A stretch of DNA of 64,000 nucleotides, taken from Cyanophora paradoxa CCMP329. Its lineage: Eukaryota; Plantae; Glaucophyta. Every line of letters begins with the position of its first letter. Position 1 is the stretch's first letter. The notes beneath the pieces are model-generated. The model made no database searches. It was given only the letters and a program-made list of their open reading frames with translations, and had not been told where the DNA came from. The position numbers and the translations under genes were made by a program. Location: the NCBI GenBank assembly GCA_004431415.1, contig QPMI01000039.1, forward strand, positions 124,001-188,000, read 5' to 3'. This document shows positions 1 to 9,485 of this stretch, piece by piece.

Positions 1-83
1 CCTTGAAGCTAGCTTTAGTTAGGAATTTAGATTCGGTGATAGTAGTTTATGTTTGTGTTTCCGATCTATCAACAAAAATTTCG
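1..83 (+). repeat. Left terminal inverted repeat (visible part)
   Basis: CCTTGAAGCTAGCTTTAGTTAGG...AACAAAAATTTCG is the exact reverse complement of 21044-21126. Confidence 0.95.
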
Positions 84-178
84 ATATCAACAAAAGTAGC
101 AATGAAGTCTTCCTTTACCTTTTCATCATCACTTAAAGATTTCTCGATTTCTAATTAGAAAAGAGAAACCGCGCGCAG

Positions 179-481
179 ATGGCAACTGAAGTGATTACGA
201 TTCCAGCAGTGAACAGGCTTCGTCAAATAGAATATATAACGATCGATGCTAGCAAAGCTGATCTCTTCAGGAGTTTCAATTGGAAAATCAGTGAAATGGG
301 AAGGGCCTATGGCACTAAAAAGGGTTATCGTGGTAGAGTAGCAGCAACGCATTTGACTCTAGGAGTTGTTGGGAAGGGAGCACTCGGGAACTATGAAATT
401 GATATCATAAATGGTAACAAATTGGACATGCGTGCAGAAAATTTGAGAAAGATCTGGAGAAGCAACCCCATGTATTATTAG
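179..481 (+). CDS. Degenerate HNH-like protein (no AP2 domain; catalytic motif altered)
   Basis: IDIINGNKLDMRAENLR aligns with IDHINRNTLDNRRENLR of the two HNH-AP2 ORFs, but with H->I and N->M. Confidence 0.65.
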   Translation: MATEVITIPAVNRLRQIEYITIDASKADLFRSFNWKISEMGRAYGTKKGYRGRVAATHLTLGVVGKGALGNYEIDIINGNKLDMRAENLRKIWRSNPMYY

Positions 482-995
482 TTGAACAAAAATTTCGGTG
501 ATAACAAAAGAAGCAACACGTTGTGTTCAACATCAAAGTACTAGCTAGCAAGCTTTTACGGACACCTTTTATTTAAAATAAATGAGTTCTGGAACCTTCT
601 GTACTGAGTTGGCCAATCAGAATTTAGATGATCAAAAAACCGGTTCGGTCACAAAAAGGGCTTGGAGCCGTCTTTTTTTTTCGACTTCGAACCGGCAGCC
701 GGAGCCATCGAGCTCTTTAAAAAAATAAGGTCGATAGCTGGACTTTGCGAAACGTCAAGACACTTTGTGTCCAACCAATCACAATCCGAGTTCCGTGCAA
801 ATGCAAAGGATTATCGTGCTGCGATTGGCTGGAAGTCGACACCATGTCCAACGATCCCTTGATTTTGCGACAGCTAGAAATCGAGCGCGCCCGAGAGTTA
901 TCTAACTCGATCCATTCCAAGCCCAAGCCACAGTGTGGGCTAGCCGTAGCCGCTGGTGCGTATTTATTTACACCACTTAAAGAAATCGCATATAT

Positions 996-3900
996 ATGAT
1001 GCATCGCGCGGTTTATTGCGCAAAAAATCAGAAAATTCTTTCTGAACATAACTTAACCGAACACAAGATGGATCGTCGTTTTGAAATTGCCAGATTTAAA
1101 GAACAAATCGCATCTAAGGCCGAAACACTTTATGCTAGGGGTTATATTCATAAAGCATTTAGTAAATCTCTGATTAATTTGACAAATCGAAATACTCGCT
1201 TGGAAACATTGCAGAAGAATGCTTCACTATTGGATGAACTATCAAACCTCCCCAGACCTGCAAAGAGAGTATCTTCAAAGACACTGGAGGTTTCGATTGC
1301 AGCAGCCCAGGCCGATCTTGTGGCCAGTTTTAGTGAGCTGCCAGAGGCAGGTGCAACACAGGACACTTCGAGAGCAGTAACTGAGCAGGATGGCTCTGTG
1401 ACAACAGCACTCAATGGAACTTTAGCTGAGGGCACCTATCGCCTTTCCAGGGGTTCAGGAAGGGTGACAGCCATTCAGGCTCACTATGATAACAATCAGC
1501 ATTTTCGAGAGTGGATTACTGTGCCTATCAGTGGAGAGAGGGAAAGGGCTAATGCAGCTCGAATGGGGATAGCATTGAAGATATATGGGAATGGACTGTT
1601 TAGAAAAGTAGATTCAGATGCAGCACAATCTAGGATGATTGAGCTGCACCAGTATATCAGAATCGAGGCAGGGGCTGATTTGACCGAGATTATTAGAAAA
1701 CAACTAATAGATCTTGATGTCAAAGCTGCTGAAGCCACAACAGATTCCTGGTATTTCGATTCCTGGATCTATATTCAGTGGCAGACAATTCGCTACTTCA
1801 GGAGAATGGGAGGCCGTGGGTTGAGATTTAAACTACCAGAATGGCTGAGAGAAAAGCAAGCATTAATTAACATAGATGCACCAAGTAATAAATGCTTTCT
1901 ATATTCAGTTATAGCAGCCAAGCACTCTCTAGAGTCAGGACAAGACCCTCGAAGTGCCTGCCACTACAGGCCTTTTGAGGGGGAATTTGATTGTAAGATG
2001 TTAACATATCCAACCCCACTTGACTCCAAAATGTTCTCAAAGTTCGAGGAGGCAAACAACTTGAAGCTGTGCATTTACACAGTGGCTGTGGATGAGCAGG
2101 ACATCATCCCAATCCACATCAGTGCAGGTACTGATGCTATTCCAATCCTGTATGTCCCTCCTGTTGAAGGAACCAGCCCGGTTGGTCACTATCTGTGGAT
2201 TAAAAGTGTTTCGAGGCTGTTCAACAAACATGGCCAGCATTCCCTACACTACTGTTTGGCTTGTCAGAGGGGTTTTGTTACCCAGGAAGTTTTGAAAAAA
2301 CATATTGACACAGACAGGTGTTTAGAAAGGAAGGAGCATGGAAGGGACAAACTACCCAAAAAAGGGGATCACATTATAAAATTCAAGCGATGGGAAACAA
2401 CAATTCAACAAAGGCTAGCCATGTATGCAGACTGTGAAACACTATGCACTCAAATTGCAGAGATAAACCGAACAGATTCAAAGACTAAACAAACAGGTGT
2501 CCACCAAATTGCTTCTATAGGGGCAGTTGCTGTATCCACTAGTGGAGAGACAGAGTGGTTTACTAAAATGGGTGGACCTGAGGATGATTCCGCGGATGCC
2601 TTTGTTAGATGGTTGGATGCAAAGGAGCCCGAGTTCATTAAAAAGCTGAGTGAGAAAAAAGGAATGAATGCACTAACAGATCAGCAGAAAGAAGCCCACT
2701 ATTCAGCTATGGCATGCTATATGTGTGGCTATGTATTTGAATTTCTGAATGAAAAGGTAATGGACCACTGTCATGATACAGGAAACTACCTTGGTCCAGC
2801 ATGCAAATCCTGCAACAAAATCAGGTCGAAGCCAAAGTCAATCTCAATCTGGTTTCACAATGGCAGGGGTTTTGACTTTCACCTGCTAGTGCGTGCATTA
2901 TCAGCAGGGTATAATCGCAGGATGGTAGCGCACAGGGCCTTTAAACAAGAGATTGAGAGAAAGGTTGAAGAGAAAAGGCCAAGAATAATCAGAAACATCG
3001 AGGCTTGCAAGGCGCGAATAATGCATAAAAATAAATGGAGTGAGCAGGAGTTTGAGCAGCAGAAGGAGAAACTTATTAAGGAGAAACTGAAACAAGCTTT
3101 TGATGCGCTCGAGGAACAGTTCAGACCAGCAGACCTGCTTTCGATTAAATTCGACCAGGTTTTCCAGAACTCTGAGAAAATCTCCCAATTTGTGTATGGT
3201 ATCTATATATTTCGCGATTCCTGCCAGCATTTGCTAGGAAGCATTGATGAGCTTTCGAAAGCTTTACCAGATGATCTGAAGAAAATAACTCAAGCTTTGC
3301 ACCCTGATGAGGCTAAATTTCAGCTGATGACCAAGAAGGGGACTTACCCCTATCAGTATATGACATCATGGGAGAGAATGTTGGAGACTCAGCTACCAGG
3401 TCGTCGTCAGTTTTATAATGAGCTCAAGCAAGAGAAATGCTCTAAAGAGGACTATGCTCATGCCCACAATGTTTGGAGGGAGATGGGATGCAGTACACTG
3501 GCTGATTACACTATGGCATATATGAAGACAGACATCTCACTGCTGGCAGATGTGTTTGAGAATTACAGGAAGAAGTGTCTTGAGAAGTATAAAATAGATC
3601 CCAGCCACTATATGAGCAGCCCCGGGTTTGCCTGGCAGGCAGCTCTGAAACATACAGGTCAGGCGTTGGAGGTATTCTATGATGGCCAGCAGGATATGCA
3701 CTCTTTCATTGAGAATGGAATCCGCGGGGGTATCTCTATGATTTCTAAAAGGTATGCTAAAGCAAACAACAAATGGGTTGACAAGTATGTGGTTGGTCAC
3801 AAACAAAAGCAAGGCTGGCTACTTTACCTTGATGCCAACAATTTGTATGGCCTTGCAATGAAGCAGAAGCTTCCAACTGGAAGATTCAAATGGGAGGACC

Positions 3901-5141
3901 TGGAGGGTATTACAGACCTGAAGCAGTACATCACAGACTTAGATGCAGAGGGAAGCAGAGGCTATGCCTTGGAGGTTGACATGCACTGCCCAGAGGAACT
4001 GCATGATTATTTCAGTGATTATCCTCTAGCCCCAGAGCGCATGTGTGTTTTGAAAGAGCATCTATCAAAAGCTCAGAGCGATATGATTGAAGCAGAGAAG
4101 CTCAGCTCGATAGAGAGAACTGAAAAGTTGGTACCAAATCTGCTTCCAAAAGAAAAGTATGCAGTTGATGTGAGGGCACTGCAGTTTTACATTTCACAAG
4201 GAATGGTGGTAACTAAAATTCATAGGGTACTCTCCTATGATCAGTCAGCCTGGCTTGCCCCATTCATTGATTTCAACACACAAGAGAGGCAGAAAACACC
4301 ATTCAAACATGAGCAAGATTTGTATAAACTGATGAACAACTCAGTGTATGGCAAAACCATGGAGAATGTGAGGAATCACTGCAACTCAGAGTTGGTGACT
4401 GATGGTGAAAGATTGGCCAAAATAAACACTGAACCTAACAGGTTAAAACAGGTTGTTGTTTATGATGAAAACTTAGTTTATGTTTCAAAACGAAAAAGTG
4501 AGTTTAATCTCAACAAACCCATTTACTGCGGCTTCTCGATTTTGGATGTATCAAAGATTCACATGTACAGGTTCTACTATGAAGTACTTAAACCGCTGTG
4601 GGGGCAGCGAGTTAGGCTTCTGGGTACTGACACAGATAGTTTGATGTTGGAGATTGAAACAGAGAACATGTATGTTGATTTGAGAAACATCAAACAATAT
4701 CTTGATGTTGGAGATTATCCTGACAACCATCAGTTCTTCGAGGGGATGACTACTGATGAGATTAAACATCTAAAGAGCCTAGCTAAAACACCAGGGCTTT
4801 TCAAGGATGAGTTAAAGGGCATTCAGATGATTGAGTGGATTGCTAATCGACCTAAATCATACCACTGGACCTCAGAAGATAAAGAGAAGACAGTGTGCAA
4901 GGGTGTTAAAAAAGCGTTCAATAAGGAGCTTACCAGAGACAGATACTATGACTGCATTTTCGGAGGGAAGGCCTGTAATATTGAGGGCATTGTTGGATTT
5001 AAATCGAACAAACATCACATTTATGTTCAAAAATCAACTAAACAAGCCCTGCACCCCTTGGATACAAAGAGGTACCTTTGTGATGATCAGTTCACCACCA
5101 GAGCGATTGGACATTACTTAAACAAAAATCTCGCTGATTGA
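996..5141 (+). CDS. polB: Protein-primed family B DNA polymerase (start may be the in-frame ATG at 1068)
   Basis: Exonuclease motifs YADCE, HNGRGFD, YMKTD; polymerase motifs YLDANNLYG, KLMNNSVYGK, GTDTDS; KGTYPY; embedded EndoVII-like CYMC...DHCHDTGNYLGPACKSCN; N-terminal NKCF...GHY (vOTU-like) and Zn finger CLAC...H. Confidence 0.97.
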   Translation: MMHRAVYCAKNQKILSEHNLTEHKMDRRFEIARFKEQIASKAETLYARGYIHKAFSKSLINLTNRNTRLETLQKNASLLDELSNLPRPAKRVSSKTLEVSIAAAQADLVASFSELPEAGATQDTSRAVTEQDGSVTTALNGTLAEGTYRLSRGSGRVTAIQAHYDNNQHFREWITVPISGERERANAARMGIALKIYGNGLFRKVDSDAAQSRMIELHQYIRIEAGADLTEIIRKQLIDLDVKAAEATTDSWYFDSWIYIQWQTIRYFRRMGGRGLRFKLPEWLREKQALINIDAPSNKCFLYSVIAAKHSLESGQDPRSACHYRPFEGEFDCKMLTYPTPLDSKMFSKFEEANNLKLCIYTVAVDEQDIIPIHISAGTDAIPILYVPPVEGTSPVGHYLWIKSVSRLFNKHGQHSLHYCLACQRGFVTQEVLKKHIDTDRCLERKEHGRDKLPKKGDHIIKFKRWETTIQQRLAMYADCETLCTQIAEINRTDSKTKQTGVHQIASIGAVAVSTSGETEWFTKMGGPEDDSADAFVRWLDAKEPEFIKKLSEKKGMNALTDQQKEAHYSAMACYMCGYVFEFLNEKVMDHCHDTGNYLGPACKSCNKIRSKPKSISIWFHNGRGFDFHLLVRALSAGYNRRMVAHRAFKQEIERKVEEKRPRIIRNIEACKARIMHKNKWSEQEFEQQKEKLIKEKLKQAFDALEEQFRPADLLSIKFDQVFQNSEKISQFVYGIYIFRDSCQHLLGSIDELSKALPDDLKKITQALHPDEAKFQLMTKKGTYPYQYMTSWERMLETQLPGRRQFYNELKQEKCSKEDYAHAHNVWREMGCSTLADYTMAYMKTDISLLADVFENYRKKCLEKYKIDPSHYMSSPGFAWQAALKHTGQALEVFYDGQQDMHSFIENGIRGGISMISKRYAKANNKWVDKYVVGHKQKQGWLLYLDANNLYGLAMKQKLPTGRFKWEDLEGITDLKQYITDLDAEGSRGYALEVDMHCPEELHDYFSDYPLAPERMCVLKEHLSKAQSDMIEAEKLSSIERTEKLVPNLLPKEKYAVDVRALQFYISQGMVVTKIHRVLSYDQSAWLAPFIDFNTQERQKTPFKHEQDLYKLMNNSVYGKTMENVRNHCNSELVTDGERLAKINTEPNRLKQVVVYDENLVYVSKRKSEFNLNKPIYCGFSILDVSKIHMYRFYYEVLKPLWGQRVRLLGTDTDSLMLEIETENMYVDLRNIKQYLDVGDYPDNHQFFEGMTTDEIKHLKSLAKTPGLFKDELKGIQMIEWIANRPKSYHWTSEDKEKTVCKGVKKAFNKELTRDRYYDCIFGGKACNIEGIVGFKSNKHHIYVQKSTKQALHPLDTKRYLCDDQFTTRAIGHYLNKNLAD

Positions 5142-5800
5142 TATTGTCAGATTCACAAGTTTTATTACTTAAAGACAAAGCTTATATGAAAAGAAAGAAG
5201 AAATGGCATCAATTGAGATACCTGTTATTCCTGAGGGAGCAGTCCTAATTCCAATTACAGGTAAGCAAAATGGAAGGTATGGTGTTGTTGTCGCCTATTC
5301 TCTAGTATCACAAGAAGATGCTGCTAAGGTTCTTGAGAAACGGTGGTACAAGAGTAAGGAAGGCTATGCACGAGCCTGGTGTAATGGGAAATTGATGTTT
5401 ATGCACAACTTCATCAGTGGACACCTCGAAAATGGTCTTACCATAGATCACATTAACAGGAATACTTTGGATAACAGACGTGAAAATCTTCGACTAGCAA
5501 CAAAACGTCAACAAATTATGAATCAGAATAGAAGAATATCAAATTCAAGCGGTTATATTGGTGTTTCTTTCCATAAACTATCCAGTAAATGGCATGCTCA
5601 ATGTATGATCAATGGATCTAAAAAACACATTGGTCTATTTGAAACAGCAGAAACAGCAGCAAAAGCCAGGGATACATATTTGGTTCAGCATACCTCAGAG
5701 GATGACAAACCGTTCCTCAGATTAAACTTCCCAATTGTTTCAGTGGAACCTCAAAATGTTTAGATAGAGTTGTTAGCTATTACTTAAACAAAAATCTCGC
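5113..5800 (+). repeat. 22-bp perfect direct repeat ATTACTTAAACAAAAATCTCGC (5113-5134 and 5779-5800) flanking the HNH-AP2 gene
   Basis: Read directly from the sequence. Confidence 0.9.
5203..5763 (+). CDS. HNH-AP2 homing-endonuclease-like protein 1
   Basis: IDHINRNTLDNRRENLR (HNH_3) followed by SSGYIGVSFH...W.AQ...KKHIGLFETAETAAKARD (AP2). Confidence 0.92.
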   Translation: MASIEIPVIPEGAVLIPITGKQNGRYGVVVAYSLVSQEDAAKVLEKRWYKSKEGYARAWCNGKLMFMHNFISGHLENGLTIDHINRNTLDNRRENLRLATKRQQIMNQNRRISNSSGYIGVSFHKLSSKWHAQCMINGSKKHIGLFETAETAAKARDTYLVQHTSEDDKPFLRLNFPIVSVEPQNV

Positions 5801-5809
5801 CAATAAACA

Positions 5810-6745
5810 ATGGCCCCGAGATTCATAATAACTGCTCAACCAGGGGCATATCAAGTCGACATACTATTCATTGGGAAATTTCGTTTATTTGCAGCCGTGG
5901 AAATAGCAAGCAGATTTGCAATTGTTAAAAAAATGGAAGACGCAAAGCAAATCCCTGTGTTTATATCCAAGCTTCCAGGCATTTGGGGTTTTTCAGGAGA
6001 CAATGGATTTAATACAGCAGCAATAAGAGCAATGGCAGAAGAGAAAAAGCTAAAAATGCACACTGACGTTGCAAAGGATGATCACATTTCGAAGGGTGAT
6101 AGGCTAGGAATTATCGATCGATTTGCAAGGACATTGCGGGCGATTATAGAGAAAGACTCAGAGTCCAGAGGCTCCCCGCACTTCCTTTCAAGGCTGCCAA
6201 CCCTGGTCAGAGCTTATAATGAAACAAAGCACTCAGCCTTTGGAGGGGAGTACTCTCCAGCATGGATGCACAGCCATAGGCAGGTTGCAACACAGCTGCA
6301 TTTAGTGAGGCAGAGGCAAAACGATATTGAGAGGGATGCAATGAATGTACCAAAACCAGGCACAGAAGTTCAAATATTGGAACCCAAGCCAAACATATTT
6401 GCAAAGGGAACAACAAAACAAAGCAAGGAAACCTATGTTGTTGTAGGTCAGGAAGGCAACCGCATTAGAGTGGCAACAAAAGACGGGACTGTTTTAAGTC
6501 GCAGAGTCAAACCATCCGAGATTAAAACACCTAAACAGCTGCCAGATCAAACAAAAATAATCAAAGCAAAAGCAAAGGCCAGGCAAGAAACTCAATTACG
6601 TAGAGAGGGCTTGATCGATTCCAAAAAGTTTAGTTCTCAGACCAAACAGGCCCGAGAACTTAAGAGATTGGAAATTGCAGGAGAGTCAGCTCTGCGTGCT
6701 GGTGCGAGAGTTGATCGCGGCTACAGCAGCTTGAAGAGCAAGTAA
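5810..6745 (+). CDS. Retroviral-like (rve) integrase
   Basis: YQVDILF...AVEIASRFA, SGDNG, GIIDRFARTLR, YNETKHSA...SP; C-terminal SH3-like segment (PGTEVQIL...FAKG). Confidence 0.85.
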   Translation: MAPRFIITAQPGAYQVDILFIGKFRLFAAVEIASRFAIVKKMEDAKQIPVFISKLPGIWGFSGDNGFNTAAIRAMAEEKKLKMHTDVAKDDHISKGDRLGIIDRFARTLRAIIEKDSESRGSPHFLSRLPTLVRAYNETKHSAFGGEYSPAWMHSHRQVATQLHLVRQRQNDIERDAMNVPKPGTEVQILEPKPNIFAKGTTKQSKETYVVVGQEGNRIRVATKDGTVLSRRVKPSEIKTPKQLPDQTKIIKAKAKARQETQLRREGLIDSKKFSSQTKQARELKRLEIAGESALRAGARVDRGYSSLKSK

Positions 6746-7021
6746 CCTTTGTTTACACCTCAACCTATAGGCGCGATCTAATTCCCTTTTACGCTCAATA
6801 TGTGCAAGCCTGTATTCGTTTGAACAGGCGATTTGTCTCCTTCGATATTCCTCATTGTTATGGTAACGAATTTTTTGTTGTTCAGCACGTTTTTTGCGTC
6901 TAGCTTCTACAATTTCTGGAGTAACTTCAATTTGTGGGCGCCCACGCTTGGGTTTAATGACAGAGTCGCTATCAGTAAAGTGCACCATAAGCTCTTCGTT
7001 GTTCATATAGATGATCGACAT
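6686..7021 (-). CDS. Small basic DNA-binding protein (AT-hook plus basic helix); likely start at 7006
   Basis: KPKRGRP AT-hook-like motif, then an R/K/E-rich helix; ACTTAAAGA motif just upstream. Confidence 0.55.
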   Translation of the reverse strand: MSIIYMNNEELMVHFTDSDSVIKPKRGRPQIEVTPEIVEARRKKRAEQQKIRYHNNEEYRRRQIACSNEYRLAHIERKRELDRAYRLRCKQRLLALQAAVAAINSRTSTQS

Positions 7022-7102
7022 ATCTTTAAGTGATAGAAACTTTTTGCAACTTTTAGCGCGTTATATTTCGAAAAAATAAAACCCGCGATTTATATAAATA
7101 AA

Positions 7103-7465
7103 ATGGTCGCAGACAAGCAGCGACGCTGCGCCAGCGGAACACAAATGCAAAACGAACCTCAAGCGAAACTCGCAACGATTAGAATAGGGAAGTATCGAGG
7201 GTTGACTCACCTGGAGGTAGCTTTCTGTGATCCTAATTATGCTCGGTGGCTGATGAACTGGAGCAAGCTCCGGGAAACGGACCGAGACCATTTTCAACAG
7301 GCTTTTAGGTTAATCAGTGAATCAAAACCAGAAATTCTATGGAGAGTGTATCAAAATGAAAAGCAAGCCAGGACTGCCCAGCAGCGTTCAGAGAGGCCGC
7401 AGGCAACTGTTGAGCCAACTGACCTTGATCTGGACTTATCAGAGGTGGATGCGCCGGGCTTTTGA
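7103..7465 (+). CDS. Small protein with a GKY(K/R)G...Y..WL (DUF3820/exonuclease X C-terminal-like) motif
   Basis: IRIGKYRGLTHLEVAFCDPNYARWL. Confidence 0.6.
   Translation: MVADKQRRCASGTQMQNEPQAKLATIRIGKYRGLTHLEVAFCDPNYARWLMNWSKLRETDRDHFQQAFRLISESKPEILWRVYQNEKQARTAQQRSERPQATVEPTDLDLDLSEVDAPGF
7106..7134 (+). repeat. Dispersed hairpin repeat, copy 1 (GTCGCAGACAAGCAGC-GAC-GCTGCGCCAG)
   Basis: Further copies at 7509-7537, 11908-11936 and 14762-14788. Confidence 0.9.
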
Positions 7466-7508
7466 ACTCTGAACTAGGCTTAAAGAGATCGCAATCTCAG
7501 ATTGTAAA

Positions 7509-7537
7509 GTCGCAGACAAGCAGCTCGGCTGCGCCAG
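7509..7537 (+). repeat. Dispersed hairpin repeat, copy 2 (loop TCG), abutting the ATG of HNH-AP2 gene 2
   Basis: GTCGCAGACAAGCAGC-TCG-GCTGCGCCAG followed immediately by ATG. Confidence 0.9.
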
Positions 7538-8098
7538 ATGGAGGTCACAATTCCAGAAGGCGCTGTTGCTATCCCGCTTGGTGGTATCCGGAATCATCGT
7601 CGAGTAATTGTTGCCTACGCACTAGTTAGTCAGGATGATGCTGAGCGCGTGCTTGGATTTCGCTGGCGTTTAGATAAAGGATATGCTCGCGCTACTATAA
7701 ATGGAAAGACCGTGTATTTGCATAACTACATTAGTGGTGATCTCGAGAACGGGTTAACCGTTGATCATATAAATCTGAACAAGCTTGACAATCGTCGCGA
7801 GAATCTACGTTTGGCAACGAAGCGACAGCAGAATTTGAACCAAAACCGGCGGGTCACAAACACATCAGGTTTTATTGGTGTTAATTTCCATCAGCAGCAT
7901 GGTACATGGCGGGCACGTTACAGGATCAATGGCCGTCAAAAGCACATTGGTTACTTTGCAACCGCAGAAGAAGCTGCTCGTGCCCGTGATGCCTACGCTC
8001 TAGAACATACCAGTGAAGATGATAAGCCGTTCTTGCGGCTGAATTTTACAAACGAATCCTCCGTCCACCCATCGCATTCTTCATCTGTGAGCTCGTAG
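7538..8098 (+). CDS. HNH-AP2 homing-endonuclease-like protein 2 (paralogue of 5203-5763)
   Basis: VDHINLNKLDNRRENLRLATKRQQ; SGFIGV...KHIGYFATAEEAARARD; shares HTSEDDKPFLRLNF with paralogue 1. Confidence 0.92.
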   Translation: MEVTIPEGAVAIPLGGIRNHRRVIVAYALVSQDDAERVLGFRWRLDKGYARATINGKTVYLHNYISGDLENGLTVDHINLNKLDNRRENLRLATKRQQNLNQNRRVTNTSGFIGVNFHQQHGTWRARYRINGRQKHIGYFATAEEAARARDAYALEHTSEDDKPFLRLNFTNESSVHPSHSSSVSS

Positions 8099-8678
8099 AA
8101 TTTGGTTCAGAGACATAAGGTGATGCAGTTTTAACCTCGGCAGAATCAAGCGATTGCTCTGCCTTTATTTTTTCATTTTTCAAATAGCGTAAATCTGGTA
8201 CGTCCATAGGTCTGTGCTTAAACATCTCGCTTCGCAACATATCGCGGATCTTTGCTCTCTCTTGCTTGTCTTTTACATACGATTCGATATTAGCTGATCG
8301 AGCCTCGAGATCTCGCAATTTAGCTGTTAGTTCCTCGATCTGACTCTTTGATACTGTTGGTTGTTTAATCTTCGGGCCAGAGTACCGCGATTCGCTAGCC
8401 ATTGCTTGTATAATTCTAGCAGCATCATTGTCGATATCGGACTGCATTTCAGTAACAGTTTTAGCCTGTGCGTGACGGTCATCAATCGCACTGGCATTAG
8501 CAGTTGCCGAGGCGATCATTTTAGCAACGGGTGCATTAAGACGTGGGTCACTAGCTAGTTCACCGCTAGGAGCAGCAACAGCTGCGCCCTCTGTCGCACC
8601 ACTTTCGATGAGAGGGGCGTTTGGCTCTGGGAGCACCCTTCGTTCACGAAAACCCTTTCTTGGAATCCCACGGGGCAT
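8046..8678 (-). CDS. Hypothetical viral protein, basic N-terminus and coiled coil
   Basis: 210-aa ORF co-oriented directly downstream of the ATPase; no recognised motif. Confidence 0.6.
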   Translation of the reverse strand: MPRGIPRKGFRERRVLPEPNAPLIESGATEGAAVAAPSGELASDPRLNAPVAKMIASATANASAIDDRHAQAKTVTEMQSDIDNDAARIIQAMASESRYSGPKIKQPTVSKSQIEELTAKLRDLEARSANIESYVKDKQERAKIRDMLRSEMFKHRPMDVPDLRYLKNEKIKAEQSLDSAEVKTASPYVSEPNSTSSQMKNAMGGRRIRL

Positions 8679-8687
8679 CTTCTGTTC

Positions 8688-9437
8688 TTAAGCTAAGATT
8701 TTAAAACGCTTCTTTTTAGAGACAACAGGCGAAGACTCTTCTTTTTTAGACTCTTCTTCTTGTCTTAGCCACTTTGTAAAGCGAAAACTCTTATCTTCAA
8801 TCGCTTTATCAATATACCAGGCAGTATCATACTTCGTTCCATCAAGGACTAGACACTGATAATCGTGAGCCCAAGTTTCGAACAAGGCTAAGAACTCATC
8901 CTTTGGGAGATGACTGAACTCTCTATAAATTGCCTCAAGTTCGGTGTGATTTGAATAACTAAAGAAAAAGCAGTAATCGCTGTTTGATCTTATCGATTGA
9001 CTTAATGCTGTTAGCTTTTGCGTCATAAGAATCGTACTGATATTAAAATGGCGCCCCTGCGTAAAAAGTCGATTTACAGCTTTGCTGTTTCGCAGATCCA
9101 CGGTTTCAGAGGCGGCGACAAGATCATCCAAGACAAGCAATATCTGCGGCGCTTTCTTTTTGTTTTCGATCAACTTGCGCTGTGAATCAATGATCTCTGC
9201 AACAATGGAGGGCTGAAAGTCGTCGTAAAGCTCTTTAGTTATTGATGAATACTCTCCATTGAATTTTGTGGCCGTAAACACGACGACTCGGTTAATCTTT
9301 GGATACAGCAGCCGCAGCAGATGCTTGGTGCAATAGAAAGACTTGCCGCTATTAGACTTCGAAATAAACAGGGCCTTAAATGGGACCCTCATTTCTTCTG
9401 GCTGGAACTTTGCGAGTTCTTGAGACTCATCCATCAA
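8688..9437 (-). CDS. A32-like (FtsK-HerA) genome packaging ATPase
   Basis: Walker A SKSNSGKS, Walker B LLVLDD, LFTQGRHFNISTILMTQ, IRSNSDY. Confidence 0.95.
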   Translation of the reverse strand: MMDESQELAKFQPEEMRVPFKALFISKSNSGKSFYCTKHLLRLLYPKINRVVVFTATKFNGEYSSITKELYDDFQPSIVAEIIDSQRKLIENKKKAPQILLVLDDLVAASETVDLRNSKAVNRLFTQGRHFNISTILMTQKLTALSQSIRSNSDYCFFFSYSNHTELEAIYREFSHLPKDEFLALFETWAHDYQCLVLDGTKYDTAWYIDKAIEDKSFRFTKWLRQEEESKKEESSPVVSKKKRFKILA

Positions 9438-9485
9438 AAAATTAAGTACTGATATTCGCAGGCGAACACAACCGCGACACTTCGA

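Noticed and set aside
662-1049. Short ORFs 662-862, 745-999 and 717-1049
   Set aside because: Mostly non-ATG starts, mutually overlapping, no motifs; more likely the pPolB upstream region.
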